From assembly GCF_964355755.1 (NCBI RefSeq), contig NC_092675.1, positions 12,643,812-12,707,811 on the forward strand: 64,000 bases of DNA, in the 5' to 3' direction. This stretch comes from Antedon mediterranea (taxonomy: Eukaryota > Animalia > Echinodermata). The notes under the pieces are model-generated. The model saw only the letters and a program-made list of their open reading frames with translations. It was not told the origin of the DNA and did not search any database. Positions 14,951-26,500 of this stretch are shown here, in pieces (position 1 is the stretch's first letter; every line of letters begins with the position of its first letter). The translations under genes were made by a program, and so were the position numbers.

Positions 14951-16324
14951 AGTGGAGCTACACTCAGACTTTCTCAGCTTATATTATGTTTAAGTATGTT
15001 TAATTGAAAGTGATTACATAAAAAAAACAGAGAAAACACGGAAATATTTTTCAAAAACCCATTTCTAAAAAATCGGTTAGAAAATAGTGTCTTTTAATAC
15101 ATTACACTTTTTCAGTAACTTAGGGGTTATTAGTTTACAATACGTCGCGAAACGCGTTACACTTAGCGACTGACGCGTTTTAGTCGCCGGTGAACTGTCT
15201 CCCCTTTGATAAATTATGTGTCGAAAAATGGGGAATAAATTTTATACACACAATTAATACGATTTGTTTAGGCCTAAGTAATATTTCCGATAAAAATGTC
15301 AGTATAATTTACATGTATAACCTCATGATTTGCAATGTACAACAACAGCATAATTAATCTTATCAGATTGCTTATTAACTTTAAGCTAGGCCTAGCTAAG
15401 CCGTCTCTGCTCAGCCTAGCTAGCCTTGAATTTTTGTCTAAGCCTATGGCATTCATGGGTTTGAAAATGCTTGGTCGTTTCGCCCCATTTATCGTTCCTG
15501 GGTTTTCTCGCACATTCACAAGAATTGTGAAACACAAAATCCCATACAGAACAAGAGTAGAAAAGCGATGACCGATGTGGAAGCTTAGGCCTGACTGAAA
15601 AGCAACTTTTCAGGCACCCTATCATGGCCCATGGGTAGGCCGAAGTTGGGTGTCAACAGAACAAACTTCACTGCTGTCAGCCTAGCTAGAGGCCAAACAG
15701 CATCGGTACATACCTACACTCTAGTAGGCCTAGGCCTAGCTTTATTGAATATATAGCCACGTCTTTCTCAAATCTCGTTAAATTTGACATTTTAGTAATA
15801 GTCTCATAATCACATTATTACACTGTGAAACATGATAGGGTCACATTCAGAATGTTTCAATATACTTTTCGCCCGTCAAAAATAACATCGCGACAAAATA
15901 ACAGATCGCCAGCTCTGCAGTAGTGTGATTGTAAAAATTGTCACGTGATCAGACTCCCTAGCAAAATAAAAAACCCAATTGGACCCGAACGGGGGAAAGT
16001 GTCTATTTACGCAAAATTGCGCAATGTATACGCGATAAAAATACAAGAAATAGAAAGATCTGGAAAAATTACATAAAAAAACTTTTTAAATTTTTTTTTT
16101 AGTGAAGAATTTAATTTTTTAGGATTATTCAAATATACCCCCCTTTTGCATGTAAAAGAATAGGAAATTACAAGGTATCCCCCCAAAACTCAAAAAGGCG
16201 TGATTTTCAAGAAAATCGTACTCATTGAAAAAAATTTCAAAAAAATATGAAGTATGAGGGATGATATTTTTAAATAATAGTTGAAATGTATGAAAAATAG
16301 TAATTTTCTGGGTGGAGCTCCACT
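14951..16324. mobile_element. Non-autonomous TTAA DNA transposon, Kolobok-like (1374 bp; element E1)
   Basis: TTAA is duplicated at 14947-14950 and 16325-16328, and the satellite resumes exactly (GC-TTAA ... TTAA-TATCG). The 18-bp imperfect TIR is AGTGGAGCTACACTCAGA on the left versus AGTGGAGCTCCACCCAGA (reverse complement of the right end), 16/18 matches. 5'-RR...YY-3' termini with a TTAA TSD are the established Kolobok signature. No transposase ORF. An empty paralogous site lies at 11952-11955. Confidence 0.9.
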
Positions 16325-19300
16325 TTAATATCGTATTTAAAAATGTTTTAGACCATTTTGAGCATTTAGATAAAACTTTTTCACACAAAACACCAAAGTG
16401 CTTAGAATAGCTTCAAATCGCATTTGGAGACATTTTAGACCATTTTGTGATTTTTGAAAAAACTTGTTAACATAAAAACACCAAAGTGCTTAGAATAGCT
16501 TCAAATCACATTTGGAGACGTTTTAGACCATTTTGTGATTTTCGAAAAAACTTTTTAACATAAAAACACCAAAGTGCTTAGAATAGCTTCAAATCACATT
16601 TGGAGACGTTTTAGACCATTTTGTGATTTTTGAAAAAACTTGTTAACATAAAAGCACGAAAGTGCTTAGAATAGCTTCAAATCGCATTTGGAAACGTTTT
16701 AGACCATTTTGTGATTTTCGAAAAAGATTGTTAACATAAAAACACCAAAGTGCTTAGAATCACATTATAAACCGTTTTAGACCATTTTGAGCATTTCGAT
16801 AACAATTTTCACACAAAAACATCAAAGAGCACAAAATAGCTTAATATCGTATTTAAAAATGTTTTAGACCATTTTGAGCATTTAGATAAAACTTTTTCAC
16901 ACAAAACACCAAAGTGCTTAGAATAGCTTCAAATCGCATTTGGAGACGGTTTAGACCATTTTGTGATTTTGAAAAAACTTGTTAACATAAAAACACCAAA
17001 GTGCTTAGAATAGCTTCAAATCGCATTTGGAGACGTTTTAGACCATTTTGTGATTTTCGAAAAAACTTGTTAACATAAAAACACCAAAGTGCTTAGAATA
17101 GCTTCAAATCGTATTTGGAGACGTTTTAGACCATTTTGAGATTTTCGAAAAAACTTGGTTACACAAAAACATCAAAGTGCTTAAAATCACATTATAAACC
17201 GTTTTAGACCATTTTGAGCATTTCGATAACACTTTTCACACAAAAACATCAAAGAGCACAAAATAGCTTAATATCGTATTTAAAAACGTTTTAGACCATT
17301 TTGAGCATTTCGACAAAACTTTTTCACACAAAACACCAAAGTGCTTAGAATAGCTTCAAATCGCATTTGGAGACGTTTTAGACCAATTTGTGCATTTCGA
17401 TGAAACTTGATTACACAAAAACATCAAAGTGCTTAAAATCACATTATAAACCGTTTTAGACCATTTTGAGCATTTCGATAACACTTTTCACACAAAAACA
17501 TCAAAGAGCACAAAATAGCTTAATATCGTATTTAAAAACGTTTTAGACCATTTTGAGCATTTAGACAAAACTTTTTCACACAAAACACCAAAGTGCTTAG
17601 AATAGCTTCAAATCGCATTTGGAGACGTTTTAGACCATTTTGTGCATTTCGATGGAACTTGGTTACACAAAAACATCAAAGTGCTTAAAATCACATTATA
17701 AATCGTTTTAGACCATTTTGAGCATTTCGACAAACTTTTTCACACAAAATACAAAAGTGCTTAGAATAGCTTCAAATCGCATTTGGAGACGTTTTAGACC
17801 ATTTTGTGATTTTCGAAAAAACTTTTTAACATAAAAACACCAAAGTGCTTAGAATAGCTTCAAATCACATTTGGAGACGTTTTAGACCATTTTGTGATTT
17901 TCGAAAAAACTTGTTAACATAAAAACACGAAAGTGCTTAGAATAGCTTCAAATCGCATTTAGAAACGTTTTAGACCATTTTGTGATTTTCGAAAAAATTG
18001 TTAACATAAAAACACCAAAGTGCTTAGAATCACATTATAAACCGTTTTAGACTATTTTGAGCATTTCGATAACAATTTTCACACAAAAACATCAAAGAGC
18101 ACAAAATAGCTTAATATCGTATTTAAAAATGTTTTAGACCATTTTGAGCATTTAGATAAAACTTTTTCACACAAAACACCAAAGTGCTTAGAATAGCTTC
18201 AAATCGCATTTGGAGACGTTTTAGACCAATTTGTGATTTTTGAAAAAACTTGTTAACATAAAAACACCAAAGTGCTTAGAATAGCTTCAAATCACATTTG
18301 GAGACGTTTTAGACCATTTTGTGATTTTGAACAAACTTGTTAACATAAAAACACCAAAGTGCTTAGAATAGCTTCAAATCGCATTTGGAGACGTTTTAGA
18401 CCATTTTGTGATTTTCGAAAAAACTTGTTAACATAAAAACACCAAAGTGCTTAGAATAGCTTCAAATCGTATTTGGAGACGTTTTAGACCATTTTGAGAT
18501 TTTCGAAAAAACTTGGTTACACAAAAACATCAAAGTGCTTAAAATCACATTATAAACCGTTTTAGACCATTTTGAGCATTTCGATAACACTTTTCACACA
18601 AAAACATCAAAGAGCACAAAATAGCTTAATATCGTATTTAAAAACGTTTTAGACCATTTTGAGCATTTCGACAAAACTTTTTCACACAAAACACCAAAGT
18701 GCTTAGAATAGCTTCAAATCGCATTTGGAGACGTTTTAGACCAATTTGTGCATTTCGATGAAACTTGATTACACAAAAACATCAAAGTGCTTAAAATCAC
18801 ATTATAAACCGTTTTAGACCATTTTGAGCATTTCGATAACACTTTTCACACAAAAACATCAAAGAGCACAAAATAGCTTAAAATCGTATTTATAAACGTT
18901 TTAGACCATTTTGAGCATTTCGACAAAACTTTTTCACATAAAACACCAAAGTGCTTAGAATAGCTTCAAATCGCATTTGGAGACGTTTTAGACCAATTTG
19001 TGCATTTCGATGAAACTTGATTACACAAAAACATCAAAGTGCTTAAAATCACATTATAAACCGTTTTAGACCATTTTGAGCATTTCGATAACACTTTTCA
19101 CACAAAAACATCAAAGAGCACAAAATAGCTTAATATCGTATTTAAAAACGTTTTAGACCATTTTGAGCATTTAGAAAAAACTTTTTCACACAAAACACCA
19201 AAGTGCTTAGAATAGCTTCAAATCGCATTTGAAGACGTTTTAGACCATTTTGTGATTTTTGAAAAAACTTGTTAACATAAAAACACCAAAGTGCTTAGAA

Positions 19301-20410
19301 TAGCTTCAAATCACATTTGGAGACGTTTTAGACCATTTTGTGATTTTCGAAAAAACTTGTTAACATAAAAACAAGAAAGTGCTTAGAATCACATTATAAA
19401 CCGTTTTAGACCATTTTGAGCATTTCGATAACAATTTTCACACAAAAACATCAAAGAGCACAAAATAGCTTAATATCGTATTTAAAAATGTTTTAGACCA
19501 TTTTGAGCATTTAGATAAAACTTTTTCACACAAAACACCAAAGTGCTTAGAATAGCTTCAAATCGCATTTGGAGACGTTTTAGACCATTTTGTGATTTTT
19601 GAAAAAACTTGTTAACATAAAAACACCAAAGTGCTTAGAATAGCTTCAAATCACATTTGGAGATGTTTTAGACCATTTTGTGATTTTTGTAAAAACTTGT
19701 TAACATAAAAACACGAAAGTGCTTAGAATAGCTTCAAATCACATTTGGAGACGTTTTAGACCATTTTGTGATTTTTGAAAAAACTTGTTAACATAAAAAC
19801 ACGAAAGTGCTTAGAATAGCTTCAAATCGCATTTGGAAACGTTTTAGACCATTTTGTGATTTTCGAAAAAGATTGTTAACATAAAAACACCAATGTGCTT
19901 AGAATCACATTATAAACCGTTTTAGACCATTTTGAGCATTTCGATAACAATTTTCACACAAAAACATCAAAGAGCACAAAATAGCTTAATATCGTATTTA
20001 TAAATGTTTTAGACCATTTTGAGCATTTCGACAAAACTTTTTCACACAAAACACCAAAGTGCTTAGAATAGCTTCAAATCGCATTTGGAGACGTTTTTTA
20101 TACCATTTTGTGATTTCGATGAAACTTGATTACACAAAAACATCAAAGTCCTTAAAATCACATTATAAACCGTTTTAGACCATTTTGAGCATTTCGATAA
20201 CACTTTTCACACAAAAACATCAAAGAGCACAAAATAGCTTAATTTTTTTATTTTATTTTATTTTATTTAATTTTCAGGCAAACATACATGACAACACAGC
20301 GGTGCAGCACCCTGAGGATTGCCATGAGTGCAAAGCACTATCGAGATGGCTCTCCATATACTGCACTAGAACATATAAGACAAACATATACACAAGATGC
20401 TCTACATAGA

Positions 20411-20434
20411 CAAAGACTTATTATTAAGTCTTTG
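20411..20434. repeat. Perfect hairpin, 10-bp arms with 4-nt loop, inside the SINE-like element
   Basis: CAAAGACTTA-TTAT-TAAGTCTTTG. Confidence 0.95.
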
Positions 20435-20460
20435 GGAGTGGAGTTGTAAATTGTCATGAG

Positions 20461-20467
20461 AAAAAAA
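20461..20467 (-). terminator. T7 run, potential Pol III terminator just downstream of the tRNA-like head
   Basis: The minus strand reads CCTGTCATATGTCAGGG-TTTTTTT, 15 nt after the B box. Runs of four or more T terminate Pol III. Function here is inferred. Confidence 0.45.
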
Positions 20468-20482
20468 CCCTGACATATGACA

Positions 20483-20537
20483 GGACTTGAACCCAGGACC
20501 CTTAGATTGGTAGCCAAGCATCATAACCACCAAGCCA
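20483..20537 (-). promoter_or_regulatory. RNA polymerase III type-2 internal promoter (A box and B box) in the tRNA-like SINE head
   Basis: The A box TGGCTTGGTGG at 20537-20527 fits TRGCNNARYGG approximately. The B box GGTTCAAGTCC at 20493-20483 fits GGTTCRANNCC. The spacing is 33 nt, as in tRNA genes. Confidence 0.8.
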
Positions 20538-23500
20538 CAGCTCCACTCCTAATATCGTATTTAAAAACGTTTTAGACCATTTTGAGCATTTAGACAAAAC
20601 TTTTTCACACAAAACACCAAAGTGCTTAGAATAGCTTCAAATCGCATTTGGAGACGTTTTAGAACATTTTGTGTTTTTCGAAAAAAACTGTTAACATAAA
20701 AACACCAAAGTGCTTAGAATAGCTTCAAATCGCATTTGGAGACGTTTTAGAACATTTTGTGTTCTTCGAAAAAACCTGTTAACATAAAAACACCAAAGTG
20801 CTTAGAATAGCTTCAAATCGCATTTGGAGACGTTTTAGACCATTTTGTGATTTTTGAAAAAACTTGTTAACATAAAAACACCAAAGTGCTTAGAATAGCT
20901 TCAAATCACATTTGGAGACGTTTTAGACCATTTTGTGATTTTCGAAAAAACTTGTTAACATAAAAACACGAAAGTGCTTAGAATAGCTTCAAATCGCATT
21001 TGGAAACGTTTTAGACCATTTTGTGATTTTCGAAAAAGATTGTTAACATAAAAACACCAAAGTGCTTAGAATCACAATATAAACCGTTTTAGACCATTTT
21101 GAGCATTTCGATAACAATTTTCACACAAAAACATCAAAGAGCACAAAATAGCTTAATATCGTATTTAAAAATGTTTTAGACCATTTTGAGCATTTAGATA
21201 AAACTTTTTCACACAAAACACCAAAGTGCTTAGAATAGCTTCAAATCGCATTTGGAGACGGTTTAGACCATTTTGTGATTTTGAAAAAACTTGTTAACAT
21301 AAAAACACCAAAGTGCTTAGAATAGCTTCAAATCGCATTTGGAGACGTTTTAGACCATTTTGTGATTTTCGAAAAAACTTGTTAACATAAAAACACCAAA
21401 GTGCTTAGAATAGCTTCAAATCGTATTTGGAGACGTTTTAGACCATTTTGAGATTTTCGAAAAAACTTGGTTACACAAAAACATCAAAGTGCTTAAAATC
21501 ACATTATAAACCGTTTTAGACCATTTTGAACATTTCGATAACACTTTTCACACAAAAACATCAAAGAGCACAAAATAGCTTAATATCGTATTTAAAAACG
21601 TTTTAGACCATTTTGAGCATTTCGACAAAACTTTTTCACACAAAACACCAAAGTGCTTAGAATAGCTTCAAATCGCATTTGGAGACGTTTTAGACCAATT
21701 TGTGCATTTCGATGAAACTTGATTACACAAAAACATCAACGTGCTTAAAATCACATTATAAACCGTTTTAGACCATTTTGAGCATTTCGATAACACTTTT
21801 CACACAAAAACATCAAAGAGCACAAAATAGCTTAATATCGTATTTAAAAACGTTTTAGACCATTTTGAGCATTTAGACAAAACTTTTTCACACAAAACAC
21901 CAAAGTGCTTAGAATAGCTTCAAATCGCATTTGGAGACGTTTTAGACCATTTTGTGCATTTCGATGAAACTTGGTTACACAAAAACATCAAAGTGCTTAA
22001 AATCACATTATAAATCGTTTTAGACCATTTTGAGCATTTCGACAAAACTTTTTCACACAAAAACACGAAAGTGCTTAGAATAGCTTCAAATCGCATTTGG
22101 AAACGTTTTAGACCATTTTGTGATTTTCGAAAAAACTTGTTAACATAAAAACACGAAAGTGCTTAGAATAGCTTCAAATCGCATTTGGAAACGTTTTAGA
22201 CCATTTTGTGATTTTCGAAAAAAATTGTTAACATAAAAACACCAAAGTGTTTAGAATAGCTTCAAATCGCATTTGGAGACGTTTTAGACCAATTTGTGAT
22301 TTTCGAAAAAACTTATCAACATAAAAACACCAAAGGGTTTAGAATAGCTTCAAATCGCATTTGGAGACGTTTTAGACCATTTTGTGATTTTGAAAAAACT
22401 TGTTAACATAAAAACACCAAAGTGCTTAGAATAGCTTCAAATCGCATTTGGAGACGTTTTAGACCATTTTGTGATTTTCGAAAAAACTTGTTAACATAAA
22501 AACACCAAAGTGCTTAGAATAGCTTCAAATCGTATTTGGAGACGTTTTAGACCATTTTGAGATTTTCGAAAAAACTTGGTTACACAAAAACATCAAAGTG
22601 CTTAAAATCACATTATAAACCGTTTTAGACCATTTTGAACATTTCGATAACACTTTTCACACAAAAACATCAAAGAGCACAAAATAGCTTAATATCGTAT
22701 TTAAAAACGTTTTAGACCATTTTGAGCATTTCGACAAAACTTTTTCACACAAAACACCAAAGTGCTTAGAATAGCTTCAAATCGCATTTGGAGACGTTTT
22801 AGACCAATTTGTGCATTTCGATGAAACTTGATTACACAAAAACATCAACGTGCTTAAAATCACATTATAAACCGTTTTAGACCATTTTGAGCATTTCGAT
22901 AACACTTTTCACACAAAAACATCAAAGAGCACAAAATAGCTTAATATCGTATTTAAAAACGTTTTAGACCATTTTGAGCATTTAGACAAAACTTTTTCAC
23001 ACAAAACACCAAAGTGCTTAGAATAGCTTCAAATAACATTTGGAGACGTTTTAGACCATTTTGTGCATTTCGATGAAACTTGGTTACACAAAAACATCAA
23101 AGTGCTTAAAATCACATTATAAATCTTTTTAGACCATTTTGAGAATTTCGACAAAACTTTTTCACACAAAATATCAAAGGGCTTAGAATAGCTTCAAATC
23201 GCATTTGGAGACGTTTTAGACCATTTTGTGCATTTCGATGAAACTTGGTTACACAAAAACATCAAAGTGCTTAAAATCACATTATAAATCGTTTTAGACC
23301 ATTTTGAGCATTTCGACAAAACTTTTTCACACAAAAACACGAAAGTGCTTCGAATAGCTTCAAATCGCATTTGGAAACGTTTTAGACCATTTTGTGATTT
23401 TCGAAAAAACTTGTTAACATAAAAACACGAAAGTGCTTAGAATAGCTTCAAATCGCATTTGGAGACGTTTTAGACCAATTTGTGATTTTCGAAAAAACTT

Positions 23501-26500
23501 ATCAACATAAAAACACCAAAGGGTTTAGAATAGCTTCAAATCGCATTTGGAGACGTTATAGACCATTTTGTGATTTTGAAAAAACTTGTTAACATAAAAA
23601 CACCAAAGTGCTTAGAATAGCTTCAAATCGCATTTGGAGACGTTTTAGACCATTTTGTGATTTTCGAAAAAACTTGTTAACATAAAAACACCAAAGTGCT
23701 TAGAATAGCTTCAAATCGTATTTGGAGACGTTTTAGACCATTTTGAGATTTTCGAAAAAACTTGGTTACACAAAAACATCAAAGTGCTTAAAATCACATT
23801 ATAAACCGTTTTAGACCATTTTGAACATTTCGATAACACTTTTCACACAAAAACATCAAAGAGCACAAAATAGCTTAATATCGTATTTAAAAACGTTTTA
23901 GACCATTTTGAGCATTTCGACAAAACTTTTTCACACAAAACACCAAAGTGCTTAGAATAGCTTCAAATCGCATTTGGAGACGTTTTAGACCAATTTGTGC
24001 ATTTCGATGAAACTTGATTACACAAAAACATCAACGTGCTTAAAATCACATTATAAACCGTTTTAGACCATTTTGAGCATTTCGATAACACTTTTCACAC
24101 AAAAACATCAAAGAGCACAAAATAGCTTAATATCGTATTTAAAAACGTTTTAGACCATTTTGAGCATTTAGACAAAACTTTTTCACACAAAACACCAAAG
24201 TGCTTAGAATAGCTTCAAATAACATTTGGAGACGTTTTAGACCATTTTGTGCATTTCGATGAAACTTGGTTACACAAAAACATCAAAGTGCTTAAAATCA
24301 CATTATAAATCTTTTTAGACCATTTTGAGCATTTCGACAAAACTTTTTCACACAAAATATCAAAGGGCTTAGAATAGCTTCAAATCGCATTTGGAGACGT
24401 TTTAGACCATTTTGTGATTTTCGAAAAAACTTGTTAACATAAAAACACGAAAGTGCTTAGAATAGCTTCAAATCGCATTTGGAGACGTTTTAGACCATTT
24501 TGTGATTTTCGAAAAAACTTGTTAACATAAAAACACGAAAGTGCTTAGAATCACATTATAAACCGGTTTAGACCATTTTGAGCATTTCGATAACAATTTT
24601 CACACAAAAACATCAAAGAGCACAAAATAGCTTAATATCGTATTTAAAAATGTTTTAGACCATTTTGAGCATTTAGATAAAACTTTTTCACACAAAACAC
24701 CAAAGTGCTTAGAATAGCTTCAAATCGCATTTGGAGACGTTTTAGACCATTTTGTGATTTTTGAAAAAACTTGTTAACATAAAAACACCAAAGTGCTTAG
24801 AATAGCTTCAAATCACATTTGGAGATGTTTTAGACCATTTTGTGATTTTTGTAAAAACTTGTTAACATAAAAACACGAAAGTGCTTAGAATAGCTTCAAA
24901 TCACATTTGGAGACGTTTTAGACCATTTTGTGATTTTTGAAAAAACTTGTTAACATAAAAACACGAAAGTGCTTAGAATAGCTTCAAATCGCATTTGGAA
25001 ACGTTTTAGACCATTTTGTGATTTTCGAAAAAGATTGTTAACATAAAAACACCAATGTGCTTAGAATCACATTATAAACCGTTTTAGACCATTTTGAGCA
25101 TTTCGATAACAATTTTCACACAAAAACATCAAAGAGCACAAAATAGCTTAATGTCGTATTTATAAATGTTTTAGACCATTTTGAGCATTTCGACAAAACT
25201 TTTTCACACAAAACACCAAAGTGCTTAGAATAGCTTCAAATCGCATTTGGAGACGTTTTTTATACCATTTTGTGATTTCGATGAAACTTGATTACACAAA
25301 AACATCAAAGTGCTTAAAATCACATTATAAACCGTTTTAGACCATTTTGAGCATTTCGATAACACTTTTCACACAAAAACATCAAAGAGCACAAAATAGC
25401 TTAATATCGTATTTAAAAACGTTTTAGACCATTTTGAGCATTTAGACAAAACTTTTTCACACAAAACACCAAAGTGCTTAGAATAGCTTCAAATCGCATT
25501 TGGAGACGTTTTAGAATATTTTGTGTTTTTCGAAAAAAACTGTTAACATAAAAACACCAAAGTGCTTAGAATAGCTTCAAATCACATTTGGAGACGTTTT
25601 AGAACATTTTGTGTTCTTCGAAAAAACCTGTTAACATAAAAACACCAAAGTGCTTAGAATAGCTTCAAATCGCATTTGGAGACGTTTTAGACCATTTTGT
25701 GATTTTTGAAAAAACTTGTTAACATAAAAACACCAAAGTGCTTAGAATAGCTTCAAATCACATTTGGAGACGTTTTAGACCATTTTGTGATTTTCGAAAA
25801 AACTTGTTAACATAAAAACACGAAAGTGCTTAGAATAGCTTCAAATCGCATTTAGAAACGTTTTAGACCATTTTGTGATTTTCGAAAAAGATTGTTAACA
25901 TAAAAACACCAAAGTGCTTAGAATCACAATATAAACCGTTTTAGACCATTTTGAGCATTTCGATAACAATTTTCACACAAAAACATCAAAGAGCACAAAA
26001 TAGCTTAATATCGTATTTAAAAATGTTTTAGACCATTTTGAGCATTTAGACAAAACTTTTTCACACAAAACACCAAAGTGCTTAGAATAGCTTCAAATCG
26101 CATTTGGAGACGTTTTAGACCATTTTGTGCATTTCGATGAAACTTGGTTACACAAAAACATCAAAGTGCTTAAAATCACATTATAAATCGTTTTAGACCA
26201 TTTTGAGCATTTCGACAAAACTTTTTCACACAAAATACCAAAGGGCTTAGAATAGCTTCAAATCGCATTTGGAGACGTTTTAGACCATTTTGTGATTTTC
26301 GAAAAAACTTTTTAACATAAAAAGACCAAAGTGCTTAGAATAGCTTCAAATCACATTTGGAGACGTTTTAGACCATTTTGTGATTTTCGAAAAAACTTGT
26401 TAACATAAAAACACGAAAGTGCTTAGAATAGCTTCAAATCGCATTTGGAAACGTTTTAGACCATTTTGTGATTTTCGAAAAAAATTGTTAACATAAAAAC

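Larger units (their letters stand above)
20244..20549 (-). mobile_element. tRNA-derived SINE-like retroelement (306 bp; element E2)
   Basis: On the minus strand there is a head with Pol III A box TGGCTTGGTGG and B box GGTTCAAGTCC, then a unique body, a 3' stem-loop and an (AAAAT)n/A-rich tail (20244-20274). TAAT is duplicated at 20240-20243 and 20550-20553. A paralogous satellite block has an empty site at 25401-25404. Its offset changes from 5162 to 4852 across the element, giving 310 bp = 306 + 4-bp TSD. Confidence 0.85.

Noticed and set aside
15274-15625. Three overlapping short ORFs in E1 as transposase or KolX remnants
   Set aside because: They are under 90 aa, overlap on both strands and are partly built from CTAG-rich low-complexity sequence. 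I recognise no DDE, THAP or zinc-finger motif.
16125-16388. 87-aa ORF across the E1/satellite junction; likewise the 74-aa ORF at 20185-20409 across the SINE junction
   Set aside because: Both begin in satellite sequence and cross an insertion breakpoint, so they are junction artefacts.
20470-20545. Functional tRNA gene
   Set aside because: A and B boxes are present, but the acceptor stem does not pair, the anticodon loop appears to be 8 nt, and the unit sits in an element with an A-rich tail and TSD.
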